Notes: generated by a model not told the origin, from the sequence alone. A stretch of 64,000 bases of DNA from Bacteriovoracia bacterium (GCA_050251055.1 JBFWNL010000001.1:75825-139824); one strand, 5' to 3'. Shown: positions 47,954 through 57,703, counted from the stretch's first letter. Translations and numbers: made by a program.

Positions 47954-49555
47954 ATGAGAAGAGGGAAGTTAGGCTGCACGCTCAGTAGGTTCGCGCTTGC
48001 GCTGTTCGCGGCGGGCTTGCCGGTGGTCTGGGCCGGACCGCTGTTGGACAGCTTGCAAGATCCTGCGGTCCAATCGGAACTGAGCCGCGTGAGTCTCGCC
48101 GTGCCGACGCTCAACCGCGTGACCCTGCTTCACCTGGGGCGTACGGCCTTGCCGGCCCGGGTGGCGGAAATCAACGCCGCCGAAAACTATATCTTCCAAA
48201 TCATTCCCTATTGGTATGACGACGACGAGGGGCGCGCGATGCTCGATCGCTTTCGCACGCGTCGCACCGAGCATCCGGGGTTGGATGTGCGCTTCATCAC
48301 CGATTGGGTGAGCCCGGCGGGAACGGGCGACCTTTTCGTGAGCAAGCAATATAAACAGCTCAAGCTCGTATCGGGTGGCCAACTCGCGTATTGGAATCCG
48401 CCTACCTGGCTGAAGCTCTGGTCCGGGAAACTCAGTCGCTATCACCTGCACGAAAAACTGATTGTGGTGGACGGCAAGAAGCTCATCATGGGCGGGCTGA
48501 ACGTAGCCAACGAATACCTGCAAGGCGGAGAAACGCGCGAGGGGTGGCACGACACGGATGTGTTGCTGGAGGGCCCGGTGGCGCAGGAAGGGGCGAGCCT
48601 CTTCGTGAAGATTTGGCAGCTCATCCGGCATATTAAAAAACACAAATTTTTTCCGGACTTTTCGCGCGATGTGGTCCGCGTTCTCGATGCGCTCTTTTAT
48701 TCCGACGCGGCCTCCAACCTCGATTCCCCCCGCGCCGATGATCTGAGTTATCGGTTTTTCTTTTGGAAAGTCAAAGTGAAGCTGGGCATTCAAGACTATT
48801 TGGCGAATCCCTTTTACTTTCCGCGTGGCCTCGCGGAGCCCGCGGACGGGGTACCGGTGCGGCTGATGTATACGAATCCCTTAGTGAATCGCGATCCCAA
48901 GACGCTCGCTTACCGCTCGCCGCTGCGGGACACGATGGAGTTACTCGGGCGTTATGCGAAACAGGAGCTACGGCTTTTCGTCCCGTACATGACATTCTCG
49001 CCCGAGTTCAAGCGGTGGCTGACGGATTTGGCCCGAGCCGGGATGCGGGTGGAAGTCATTACGAATTCACTGAAGAGCCACGATATCGGGAAGATCCCTT
49101 ACTACGCCGCGCTTTCGCATTACCGCGAGCTGCTGGAGGCGGGGGTGAGAATTTTTGAATGGCAGGGACATGAAGACCTGCTGGAGCTGGAGAAGGCGAA
49201 CCACTGCGAGATCCCGCGGGGTTGGTGGCCGGGTCGCACGATCCACACCAAGGCGGCGGTGTTCGATGGCGAGGTCTGGCTAGTGGGCGCGCATAACTTC
49301 AACGTGCGCAGCGAATACTTTAACTCCGAGACCATGGCGCTGATCGAGGACCCGCTCTCGGCCGGGCAGATGCGCCAGGTGTTCGAAGACGACCTAGATC
49401 TCGCTCCCGCCGACGGTTACCAGGTGAAGTGCGGTGATCAGATGCTCACCCGCCCGCGGCGAGTGGAGGAGATCGACTTGGCGAAGTTTGCGGCGATGGA
49501 AAAAAAGCATCGGGCCAAGATCCGTACTTACAAAAAATTTCAGAATTATTTTTGA
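47954..49555 (+). CDS. Phospholipase D superfamily protein (cardiolipin-synthase-like, probably exported)
   Basis: Two HKD motifs, HEKLIVVD and HTKAAVFD; GGLN; WHDTDV; hydrophobic N-terminus. Confidence 0.88.
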   Translation: MRRGKLGCTLSRFALALFAAGLPVVWAGPLLDSLQDPAVQSELSRVSLAVPTLNRVTLLHLGRTALPARVAEINAAENYIFQIIPYWYDDDEGRAMLDRFRTRRTEHPGLDVRFITDWVSPAGTGDLFVSKQYKQLKLVSGGQLAYWNPPTWLKLWSGKLSRYHLHEKLIVVDGKKLIMGGLNVANEYLQGGETREGWHDTDVLLEGPVAQEGASLFVKIWQLIRHIKKHKFFPDFSRDVVRVLDALFYSDAASNLDSPRADDLSYRFFFWKVKVKLGIQDYLANPFYFPRGLAEPADGVPVRLMYTNPLVNRDPKTLAYRSPLRDTMELLGRYAKQELRLFVPYMTFSPEFKRWLTDLARAGMRVEVITNSLKSHDIGKIPYYAALSHYRELLEAGVRIFEWQGHEDLLELEKANHCEIPRGWWPGRTIHTKAAVFDGEVWLVGAHNFNVRSEYFNSETMALIEDPLSAGQMRQVFEDDLDLAPADGYQVKCGDQMLTRPRRVEEIDLAKFAAMEKKHRAKIRTYKKFQNYF

Positions 49556-49564
49556 GGTTCCGGC

Positions 49565-50404
49565 ATGACGCGCGTCCCATTTTATCAATTCGATGCCTTC
49601 GCCTCCCGTGCATTTCAAGGGAACCCGGCGGCGGTATGCCTGCTGCCGGCCGAACGGGGGTGGCCCGCAGATGCGCTTCTGCAAAAAATCGCGTTTGAGA
49701 ACAATCTTTCCGAGACGGCATTTGTTTTGGTGGCCGCCGGGCCCTCGCTTGGGCCGATGGGCTTGCGTTGGTTCACGCCGAAAGTGGAGATCGATCTTTG
49801 CGGACACGGCACGCTAGCCACCGCCGCGGCGTTGCGCGTGCATTTTGGCGGCGGCGAGCGTTGGGAGTTCGAAACGCGGAGCGGAAAACTCGTCGTCGAC
49901 TGGCGTGGCGATGAGCTGGAGTTGAACTTTCCCCGACGCGAGCTTGCGCGTCTACCCGGGCTCCCAACGGAGGCCGTGAACGCTTTGGGTGAGGCGGCTT
50001 CCCAGGTGCGGGAAGTTTGGCAGTGGAAGAAGGACGCGGTGATTGCCGTCTTCGCCCAAGCGGCGCAGGTGTGCGGGCTTACGGTAGACGGCGAAAAGTT
50101 ACTTTCACTGGGACAGAGTCTTTGCGTGACGGGGCCGGGGGATGAGGTGGATTATGTTCTGCGCTACTTCGCTTCCCACGAGGGGATCGTCGAGGATCCC
50201 GTCACCGGCTCCGCCCAATGCTACCTGGCCCCCTATTGGGGTGAACGCCTGGGGAAGGCGCGGCTCTTGGCCCGACAGGTCTCGGAGCGGGGTGGGGAGC
50301 TCACGTGCCGGCTCTTGCCCGAAAACCGGCTCGGAATCGCGGGAAAAGCGCATTTGATCATTCGCGGAGAGTTCTATTTACCGGCCGATGACGGCACGCA
50401 TTAA
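49565..50404 (+). CDS. PhzF-family isomerase
   Basis: DAF...GNPAAV, NLSETAF, RWFTP.VEIDLCGHGTLA, EDPVTGSA. Confidence 0.93.
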   Translation: MTRVPFYQFDAFASRAFQGNPAAVCLLPAERGWPADALLQKIAFENNLSETAFVLVAAGPSLGPMGLRWFTPKVEIDLCGHGTLATAAALRVHFGGGERWEFETRSGKLVVDWRGDELELNFPRRELARLPGLPTEAVNALGEAASQVREVWQWKKDAVIAVFAQAAQVCGLTVDGEKLLSLGQSLCVTGPGDEVDYVLRYFASHEGIVEDPVTGSAQCYLAPYWGERLGKARLLARQVSERGGELTCRLLPENRLGIAGKAHLIIRGEFYLPADDGTH

Positions 50405-50479
50405 TCTCGCCTAAGGCCCTGAAAGGGCTTGCAAAGGCGCTACCGCGCCGGTAATTAATAGAAACATTTTTCGGAAGAT

Positions 50480-50555
50480 GGGGCATTAGCTCAGTTGGTA
50501 GAGCGCCACAATGGCATTGTGGAGGCCATCGGTTCGACCCCGGTATGCTCCACCA
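50480..50555 (+). tRNA. tRNA-Ala (anticodon GGC)
   Basis: 76 nt; acceptor stem GGGGCAT/ATGCTCC with G3-U70; anticodon arm CCACA-ATGGCAT-TGTGG; GGTTCGA T-loop; encoded CCA. Confidence 0.97.
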
Positions 50556-50745
50556 TTCTTCAACCGCACACAAAAATATTCCTACCCATACGCTGTGTAT
50601 TTTCACGACCTGCCAGGGGGACGCCCATCCATGGGCTCGACTCCTCAGCGCCATCGTGGCCCGGAGACGCCCCCTGGCAGGTCGTGAAAATACACAGCGT
50701 ATGGGTACGAGAGTTCTCGGGTGCGGTTGAAGAATGGTGGAGCAT
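50545..50745. repeat. Long inverted repeat (76-bp arms) overlapping the tRNA 3' end
   Basis: 50545-50569 pairs perfectly with 50721-50745 (25 bp) and 50583-50620 with 50670-50707 (38 bp). A 13-nt diverged block lies between them; the loop is 49 nt. Confidence 0.95.
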
Positions 50746-50797
50746 GGATACGGGAGGGCGCGCGGCGGCGGCGCCGGGTTCTGGGAAGTATTTGTGT

Positions 50798-51430
50798 TTA
50801 ATCCGCTACAGCCTGCTCGAAGAGCCCTCGCATAGGGTCTACACTGCTTGGAAGGTATCCAATCGGAAAAATATAGAGAGCTACCGCTTCCGATGGCTTT
50901 TGCGATAAACGCCCCGAGTTTAAGATAATATTACATTCCTTGTTTTTCCAAAGTCGGAGTGTGTGCGTGAACGCTTCCTCGTTATACTTAATTTCTTTCT
51001 TAGGCTTGCCGTATTTAGTTACAAGCTCCTCTAGAGCTTGTGCTTCCGTCACCTTTCTTAAGCCTTCATGATAGGAGAGTTTCACGGTAGTTATCTTTGA
51101 GTTTTTCCATTCAAGAACGAGATATCCAAAAGGCCCATTCGGCTCGCCTCTTAGCGGGCAATAACCCCCATCGAATGTGAATTTGGGAGAAATTTTGCGT
51201 CCGCTAGCGTTTACGCTTAAGTCTGCCTTGCATGCGCTTAAAATGGTGTCGCCAGTTTTAGAATATTCCCCCTTCCACTGGGAAGGTTTTAGATGGGAGA
51301 GAAATGCCTTAACATCTGAGATAAAAGTAATTCCTCTTATCTCACACTCAGCTGAATGACCGAGATGCCAATATGCAATCAAAGATAGGGCAAGAATTAA
51401 CCTTTTCTTGATTTTTTTTCCAATGACCAC
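50798..51430 (-). CDS. Low-GC hypothetical exported protein
   Basis: Open frame of about 210 aa in a visibly AT-rich segment; signal-like KKRLILALSLIAYWHLGHS; start uncertain (GTG 51430). Confidence 0.55.
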   Translation of the reverse strand: MVIGKKIKKRLILALSLIAYWHLGHSAECEIRGITFISDVKAFLSHLKPSQWKGEYSKTGDTILSACKADLSVNASGRKISPKFTFDGGYCPLRGEPNGPFGYLVLEWKNSKITTVKLSYHEGLRKVTEAQALEELVTKYGKPKKEIKYNEEAFTHTLRLWKNKECNIILNSGRLSQKPSEAVALYIFPIGYLPSSVDPMRGLFEQAVAD

Positions 51431-51548
51431 GCGTGTTTGCCTCCAGAGCCACGTCGAGTGCTCGACCGATTTTATAATTTTTTTTGAAAACGAACGAGAG
51501 CAAAAATTTGAGCCGAATCCAAAAATCACCTAAACTGGACAAATCTTT

Positions 51549-52145
51549 ATGGCCCGGCATTTACGCAAAGACCGACGGGGATTCACCTTGGTTGAGCTCA
51601 TGGTCGTCGTTACGATCTTGGGCCTATTGGCTGCGATCGCCGTTACGAGCTATGGTCGGATCCAGAATCGCGTTCGTCAGGGAGAAGCAAAAGTCGCATT
51701 GGCCAGCATCTACACGGCGCTGCGGTCTTTTCACGCTTCCAACGGCAGTTATACCGGGTGTTTGGTAAATGCGGGGTTTGGCCCGACGACGAACGCTCAG
51801 CGTTTTTACTCCGTTGGATTTGGCCCCGGTACGGCGGCCATGGTGCTCTTCTGCGGTCCTGCGGGAAACGCCCGTTGTGACCTATACGATTGGACCGTGG
51901 GCGCTGAGCGTAGCTGCACTGATTTGAATGGTAACCCGAGCCTGAGCGGTGAGGGCACGGAGTTTTTCTCCGCCAACGCCGCCATTGGGGGAACCTCGGC
52001 CCAGGCCCTCGACTTGGTAGGCACGACGACCCTTGCCCCGGGTGGATTCCGAGCCGGAGCCGCCGGACGTTTGAGCTCCGGGATGCTGGATGTTTGGACA
52101 ATCGACGAAACCAAGCGGCTCAATCAGGAGCAGGTGGGGATATAG
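51549..52145 (+). CDS. Type IV pilin (PilA/PilE-like)
   Basis: RRG|FTLVELMVVVTILGLLAAIA; RQGEAKVALASIY; DVWTIDETK C-terminus. Confidence 0.9.
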   Translation: MARHLRKDRRGFTLVELMVVVTILGLLAAIAVTSYGRIQNRVRQGEAKVALASIYTALRSFHASNGSYTGCLVNAGFGPTTNAQRFYSVGFGPGTAAMVLFCGPAGNARCDLYDWTVGAERSCTDLNGNPSLSGEGTEFFSANAAIGGTSAQALDLVGTTTLAPGGFRAGAAGRLSSGMLDVWTIDETKRLNQEQVGI

Positions 52146-52239
52146 GGTCTTACCGCGCTTCATTTAAGTTGACTAAAATAATCCACTATATTAGATTGCT
52201 CCCGTCTCGAACTATTCAGATGAACGACAGGAGCCCCGA

Positions 52240-52872
52240 ATGCGTACCGCTGGATTGTCTATTTTATTGATTTCATTAGCTATTTTAGGTTGCGCGAATA
52301 AGGAAACGATCAAGCGCGGACGCCTTTCTCAGAACCAGGCCGCGATGACGGCATCTGATTTTGCCGGCAGCTGGGTGGGTAAGGGTACGGGGCGCTCGGA
52401 GCTGGGGAAGGCCTTCGGAAAACGAAACTTGGGCCGGGTGAGCTGCGAAAAGCTCGAGTCCCTCATCCATAGTAAAGAAAACCGTATGCATTATGAGCTC
52501 CGCGCCCAGTGCGTGGACGATAGCGGCGTTGTCTTTCACTTCGACAACGCGGGCTACCTGCAGATTAAAGAAGGTGAAGTGCTTTTTCACGCGGCTCCCA
52601 CTTCGGAGCAAGAAAGCGCGACGCTGACCGTGGGTAAGATTTCCGCGGGCGGCATCGAGATCGATATGTCGGCCCCGCATCGCGGGTTCCGCGGCCATAC
52701 GGTCAATCTCAAGGGGACGGTGGCGAAAGCCTCCGCGAACAAACTGAAGGTGGACCTGGTTTTCGAGGTCGATTTCTTCGATCTCGACTTCGATATTCCC
52801 TTCGCGCAATTCAGCGCGGAATTTGATCGGACCGAAGCGAAGTCGCCTTCGGAGAAGCCGAAGCAGCCGTAA
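52240..52872 (+). CDS. Hypothetical lipoprotein
   Basis: Lipobox ILGC; GGAG RBS; FAGSWVG at the start of a beta-rich domain. Confidence 0.7.
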   Translation: MRTAGLSILLISLAILGCANKETIKRGRLSQNQAAMTASDFAGSWVGKGTGRSELGKAFGKRNLGRVSCEKLESLIHSKENRMHYELRAQCVDDSGVVFHFDNAGYLQIKEGEVLFHAAPTSEQESATLTVGKISAGGIEIDMSAPHRGFRGHTVNLKGTVAKASANKLKVDLVFEVDFFDLDFDIPFAQFSAEFDRTEAKSPSEKPKQP

Positions 52873-54481
52873 ACGCGCGCGCGGCGAGGTAGCCCAAGGC
52901 TAGGGCCACGAGATGGTGCGTGGCCAAGATCTTTTCGGCCAGCATCGTGTACACGATCGCGTTCAGCGCGAGCGGTAGGATGATCGTGCGAGGCTGGGCG
53001 AGCAGGGCGCCCAGGGCCCCCGCGGCCGCGTACACCGCATTCGATGCGCCCACGTCCGGGATCGTGAGCAAGTTCTGGTAGGCGGCCGGCGCCAGCGTGG
53101 GTAGCGCAGCGCCCAGCAGCGCGGCAGTCAGGGGATTGGATGCCCACAGACCCAAGGCCACCGCCGCGAGCGCGAGCCGCGATCCTTGAACCAACTCGAT
53201 GGCGGCTACGAATAAAATAAATGTGCTCGTATCACCTAAAAGATGCCAAAGGTTGTTGTGAAAGAGGGGGCCGGCGAAAATGCCGGCGACGTTCCACTGC
53301 AGCGGCCAGAACTGAACCTGCGTGAATACGTCGGCGCCAATCGGTAAGTGCGTGCGCGCGGCATGCAAAGCCAAAAAGACCGCGCTAAAACCCAAGCTCA
53401 CTCGCATGCGTGCGAGCGCGTCGCCAAGCGTGGCCGGAAAGGGAAGTGGTTTAACGCCGGGCCGCAAGAGTTTGGGAAAGTCCCGCGCCAAAAGCGCGCG
53501 TGCTTTCGCGCGGAGCAGGCCTTCGGGGTAGTGCAGGCGAATCACCTGCCAAAACGTGGAAAACCCAATGGGACGCGAGCCCACGAGAAAAAGCGGCTCC
53601 CAGTGACTGGGGTTGAACTTGGACTTGAACTCGTAGAGCGAGCGGAAGTTGTAAAAGAAATTCGAGTTTCTAAAGATCCAGCGCAGCGCCGGATTTTGCG
53701 GGCGCTCGTCGTGCCCCACGGGCGCGAGGGGACATGCGCCCAGACGCACTTCGAGATAACCTTCTTCCCGAAGCTTACGCATGGATTCGATCAAAAGGAG
53801 CTCCATGAGCCCCGTCTTGAGCGGGCGCGAGCCTACGATGTCGGCGAAGTAGTAACCGTTCCGGGGATAGATGGGCGCCGCCGAAACGAACGCTTGCGGT
53901 TGGCCTTGCAGCTCCACGGCGAAAATGCGTCGTTGCTCGAGCTGAAACCACGGGTCGAAGCGGCTGAGGAACTGCAATGGGCTCGTTTTGCGGGCCTGGG
54001 TCCATTCGCCGCTGAGCGCGCGAAAAGCCGGATCGCGGGTGAAGCGATCGGCGCTGACCTCGACCACCTTTGCTCCGCGAATCTTGAGCGAACGTGCGCG
54101 GGGAAAGGCGGAGAGAGGGTCCGACGGCGAGTCGAAGTACTCGACGAGATTGAACACAGGCTCGGCGCCGACTTGCGTGCGGTGGTAGCCCTTCTCCTCC
54201 AGGCGTTTCGCGAAAGTGGCCGACACGGGCAAGATGAACGCGTGTTTGCGGCGTCCCTCGGCGGTCTGCGCGAAATCTTCGAAGGCTTGCATACGCTCGG
54301 ATTCGCGCGTGAGCGGCTCGGAAGCGGCAAACCACGCTCGGGAGGTCTCGACGTACTGGATACGTCCATCGGTCACGCGATGGCCGGGAAGGAAGCTGCT
54401 AAAGCTAGGGTGCAGGCTCATGAAGGAGCTGGTGCGGTCGCCGAATTTTTTTAACTCCGAAATGGATTTCGAATCACTCAT
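52811..54481 (-). CDS. Aminoacyl-phosphatidylglycerol synthase catalytic domain (DUF2156-like) fused to a C-terminal rhomboid-like domain
   Basis: ASEPL, QVGAEPVFNL, GLMELL, RLGACPLA, FYNFRSLYEFKSKFNPSHWEPLF; then HNNLWHLLGD, DVGASNA and HHLVALALG within TM helices. Confidence 0.75.
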   Translation of the reverse strand: MSDSKSISELKKFGDRTSSFMSLHPSFSSFLPGHRVTDGRIQYVETSRAWFAASEPLTRESERMQAFEDFAQTAEGRRKHAFILPVSATFAKRLEEKGYHRTQVGAEPVFNLVEYFDSPSDPLSAFPRARSLKIRGAKVVEVSADRFTRDPAFRALSGEWTQARKTSPLQFLSRFDPWFQLEQRRIFAVELQGQPQAFVSAAPIYPRNGYYFADIVGSRPLKTGLMELLLIESMRKLREEGYLEVRLGACPLAPVGHDERPQNPALRWIFRNSNFFYNFRSLYEFKSKFNPSHWEPLFLVGSRPIGFSTFWQVIRLHYPEGLLRAKARALLARDFPKLLRPGVKPLPFPATLGDALARMRVSLGFSAVFLALHAARTHLPIGADVFTQVQFWPLQWNVAGIFAGPLFHNNLWHLLGDTSTFILFVAAIELVQGSRLALAAVALGLWASNPLTAALLGAALPTLAPAAYQNLLTIPDVGASNAVYAAAGALGALLAQPRTIILPLALNAIVYTMLAEKILATHHLVALALGYLAARAFTAASASPKATSLRSDQIPR

Positions 54482-54605
54482 CCCACTCAACAGGATAAAT
54501 GAGGAAGCCGAAGCTGGCTGAAAAAAAGCCGTCAACTATCTGACGTTGCAATCCCCTTTGCTTCTGCGATCATGGATATATCGCAGTAAGCCAACGGAGG
54601 TTTCT

Positions 54606-56117
54606 ATGATTTTCGTCGTTTTACTGGCTTCTCTCGGGTGGCACGCTCCCGGCATCAACGCCGCTCCCGCCGGTTGCGGAAGGGCGACGCTCACTTCAGG
54701 GGGCGACGTTTGTACTTCGCTTTCCGTTCAATTCGATTTGAGTGATTGCGACGACGCCAAGAAATCCGGTGCGGGCATCGTGAGCTGCCGCCGCGAAACG
54801 GGCGTGGCCGAAGTGAAGACGGCGCAGGCGATCTATTCCGTGGTCTTAAAGAAGGCCGAACACGGCGGGTGGGAAATCGTGGGCCCGGTTACGCGCAAGT
54901 TTTGGGCGGAAATGAAGGCCGCGCCAGCGGTTTTCGCGAACGCGCCGGCGACGCTTCCCGTACCGGCGGGCGCGCCCGACGGAGCTGGAGCGTTGGGGAG
55001 CGCCCCGGCGGCCACGAAGGTGAAATCGAGTCCGATCGAGCCCGCGTCGCCCCCGGAGAGCCCGGGACTGAAAGTAGGGGGAGCGCTCGACGCCTACTAC
55101 GCCTACAACTTCAATCAGCCGACTACGGTGACGCCGCCGACTACCGCGAATCCTGGCTTGCCCACGGCACAAACGCCGCTGCGAGGCTTCGACGCCTATC
55201 ATAATCAAGTCGCGCTCAGCCTAGCGGAACTCACGCTGCGGTACTCGGGGCGGGAAGTCGGGTTCAAGCTGGATTTGGATTTTGGCCAGACGACGGACAT
55301 CGAGCACCGCGCGGCGAATGGCGCGACGGACGCAGTATCCAAGCACGTCGGGCAGGCCGTCGTCTACTATTCGCCGGCGGCGATCCCGAATTTCACGTTG
55401 GGCGTGGGGAAGATGCCTTCGCATTTAGGGCTGGAGTCGATGAAAGCCCAGGAAAACTGGCAATACTCCCGCTCGTTTCTTTATATGCTAGCGATCCCGC
55501 ATTGGCATGTGGGCGCGACGCTTGCCTTCGGGCTGGTTCCGGGCAAATTGAACCTCGGCTTGGGGATCTACAACGGATGGAATCAGTTGTACGACTTCAA
55601 CGACGCAAAAACGTTGGGCTTACAGCTGAGCTTCACGCCGGTGCGGACGCTTGCGCTGAGTTACAATCTGATCTGGGGCGCCGAGCAAGCCGGCAATAAC
55701 GGGGATCGCCGCCTGGTGCAGGAGCTGAACGCGGTTTGGACGGCTTCTGATAAGGTGAGTCTGGCATTCGATTTCGTCTACGGGACGAGCGCGAACGAAA
55801 CACTCGCTTCGGGCAGCGTGGCCAATGTGAGCTGGCTAGGCGGTACCATCGCCGCTAAATTCAATCTGCATCCGAAATATTATCTCAGCCCACGCCTAGA
55901 GCTGTTTCGGGACGGCGAGGGATTCGCGACGGGCGCGGCTTCGGCGCAGACCTTGGATGGAATCACGCTGACGAACGGGTATCGGCTGGCGGAGGGTTTC
56001 GAGACGAGGCTCGAATTTCGACGGGATCACGCCACCTTGGCTTCTTTTTTGAGTCGGAACGGGGCGGGAGTAGACTCGCAGGTCACCGCGAGCATGTCGT
56101 TTCTCTTTTCTTTTTAA
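54606..56117 (+). CDS. Outer-membrane porin (putative beta-barrel porin 2 family) with N-terminal extension
   Basis: GALDAYYAYNFN, GFKLDLDFG, GLES...NWQYSRSFL, NGWN, RLEFRRD; C-terminal Phe. Confidence 0.8.
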   Translation: MIFVVLLASLGWHAPGINAAPAGCGRATLTSGGDVCTSLSVQFDLSDCDDAKKSGAGIVSCRRETGVAEVKTAQAIYSVVLKKAEHGGWEIVGPVTRKFWAEMKAAPAVFANAPATLPVPAGAPDGAGALGSAPAATKVKSSPIEPASPPESPGLKVGGALDAYYAYNFNQPTTVTPPTTANPGLPTAQTPLRGFDAYHNQVALSLAELTLRYSGREVGFKLDLDFGQTTDIEHRAANGATDAVSKHVGQAVVYYSPAAIPNFTLGVGKMPSHLGLESMKAQENWQYSRSFLYMLAIPHWHVGATLAFGLVPGKLNLGLGIYNGWNQLYDFNDAKTLGLQLSFTPVRTLALSYNLIWGAEQAGNNGDRRLVQELNAVWTASDKVSLAFDFVYGTSANETLASGSVANVSWLGGTIAAKFNLHPKYYLSPRLELFRDGEGFATGAASAQTLDGITLTNGYRLAEGFETRLEFRRDHATLASFLSRNGAGVDSQVTASMSFLFSF

Positions 56118-56129
56118 AAGTTAGGTAGC

Positions 56130-56408
56130 CTAAAAAATCATTACTCGTACCTGACCCAGCGGCGAAAGGTGCTTGGCTCGGTGGGTTTGGGCGATGCGAA
56201 CGATCTGAAACTCGCTGGGTGGAAACCCGGTTTCGTATCTCCTTACGGTGTGAAACGCGGGACCGGCGGCTATACGACGCGCGAACGAAGTCGGCCCCGC
56301 TTGGTACCAGCCGCGCAGGGATCCAAACGGCGTGGTGACGTTCGGGCGCATGACCCGCACTAGGTTGATTGGCATCGAGCCGATGCTCGACGTCGATTGT
56401 ACTCTCAT
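56130..56408 (-). CDS. Possible small hypothetical protein
   Basis: Fills an otherwise empty gap; co-oriented with the two upstream genes; AGGAG upstream; no recognisable motif. Confidence 0.3.
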   Translation of the reverse strand: MRVQSTSSIGSMPINLVRVMRPNVTTPFGSLRGWYQAGPTSFARRIAAGPAFHTVRRYETGFPPSEFQIVRIAQTHRAKHLSPLGQVRVMIF

Positions 56409-56467
56409 AAACGACGCTACTCCTACAACGTACCGAATTTGCGCCTTTTGCCCAAAACTTCCGAAGC

Positions 56468-57703
56468 CTACTGACTGGCCGATCCGGCTACCGCGCGATT
56501 ATAGCTGCCGGCCCACGGCAGCTGGTCCACGCGAGGGGCCGATTTCCGATACCGAAACGTGACTCGATCAAAAATGCTGATGCTGCGATCCTGTTCGATC
56601 TGCGCGGGCGTGAGCTTGCCGAGCTTGAACTCGAGCAGATCGGTCGAAGCTTTCTTCGCCTCGTCTTTCTTGCCGAACATGCCGGCCATCATGTCCTTCA
56701 TGGCCTTTCCCATGTCGAATCCTTCGCCACCACCGGCTTTCTTGCCGCCGCCTCCGCCGCCCGCGTAAGCGAGCGCTTCGGAGCTGGCGCCGAGGTCGGC
56801 TTCCATCGCGGCGAGCTGCGCGTCGACCTTGGAGGCGTCGAGCCCTAGCGCGGTCATGGCTGCCTTGGTGACTTGGGCGCCGCTGGCGCCTTCCGGCATT
56901 GAGTTCATGAACTGACCGAGATCCACGCCTTTGCTTTTGAAGGCGTCATCCAGGGCCTTGCCGCTGATCTTAATCGAAGGATCCTTCGCGATGGCGCAGG
57001 CGACCTTGGCTTCGCCCGAGGCCGAAGAATCCTTCGTGCAGTCCTTTTCCTCGGCGTGACTCTTATCGAGATCTTTTTGAATATTAGAGTTGGCGGCTCC
57101 GACCTTGGCGCCCGCGCTACTTGCGGAGGTGGCCCCGCCCACGGCGCCCGTGCTGTATTCCTGAGAGGCCAAGCGCTGGGCGGCGGCGTTATTTTCTTTC
57201 TCCTGGTCGCCCGCGTTCTTCATCGTCATGCCCTTCATCATCGCCATCATCGCGTCCATGGCGGCAATCATGCAGGACTCTTTTCCTTCCTGCTTCTGGG
57301 CGAGCTGAATGCCGCCTTCGGCACCTTTTTCAAAGACGTTCATCGCGCTGGGCAGAGCCCCCACGAGGCCCATCATCGAACCTTGCATATCTTTCGCGAG
57401 TGCCATCGTCATGCCCGCGTCCGCGACGTGCGCGGCGAGCGACGATCCCGCGCAAACCGGGCCATTCACCTGAATGGCGCTCGCGCAAACCGCGGCACAG
57501 ACCGCCGCCGATGCTCCATAAACAAGCATGCCCATCATGGCGGCATTCTTGGTGTTCTTCGCGCCCTTGGCCGCCTCGCAGTGGGTGGCAACCTGGCCGT
57601 TGACGTCCATGTCGGTCGTGCAGTTGCCCGCATAGGCGTGCGCGTGCAGCGTCATCACGATCGAGAGCATGCTGGCGAAATTTCGCGCGTGGATCTTTGT
57701 CAT
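56468..57703 (-). CDS. Hypothetical secreted Met/Ala/Gly/Cys-rich protein
   Basis: Signal peptide; hydrophobic helices; Gly tract; C-terminal SIFDRVTFRY. Confidence 0.75.
   Translation of the reverse strand: MTKIHARNFASMLSIVMTLHAHAYAGNCTTDMDVNGQVATHCEAAKGAKNTKNAAMMGMLVYGASAAVCAAVCASAIQVNGPVCAGSSLAAHVADAGMTMALAKDMQGSMMGLVGALPSAMNVFEKGAEGGIQLAQKQEGKESCMIAAMDAMMAMMKGMTMKNAGDQEKENNAAAQRLASQEYSTGAVGGATSASSAGAKVGAANSNIQKDLDKSHAEEKDCTKDSSASGEAKVACAIAKDPSIKISGKALDDAFKSKGVDLGQFMNSMPEGASGAQVTKAAMTALGLDASKVDAQLAAMEADLGASSEALAYAGGGGGGKKAGGGEGFDMGKAMKDMMAGMFGKKDEAKKASTDLLEFKLGKLTPAQIEQDRSISIFDRVTFRYRKSAPRVDQLPWAGSYNRAVAGSASQ

Noticed and set aside
50545-50745. The two mirror-image 61-aa ORFs, or a CRISPR or second tRNA reading of this repeat
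   Set aside because: The ORFs are by-products of the palindrome. There are only two inverted copies, and the minus-strand copy matches just 11 nt of tRNA with no cloverleaf.
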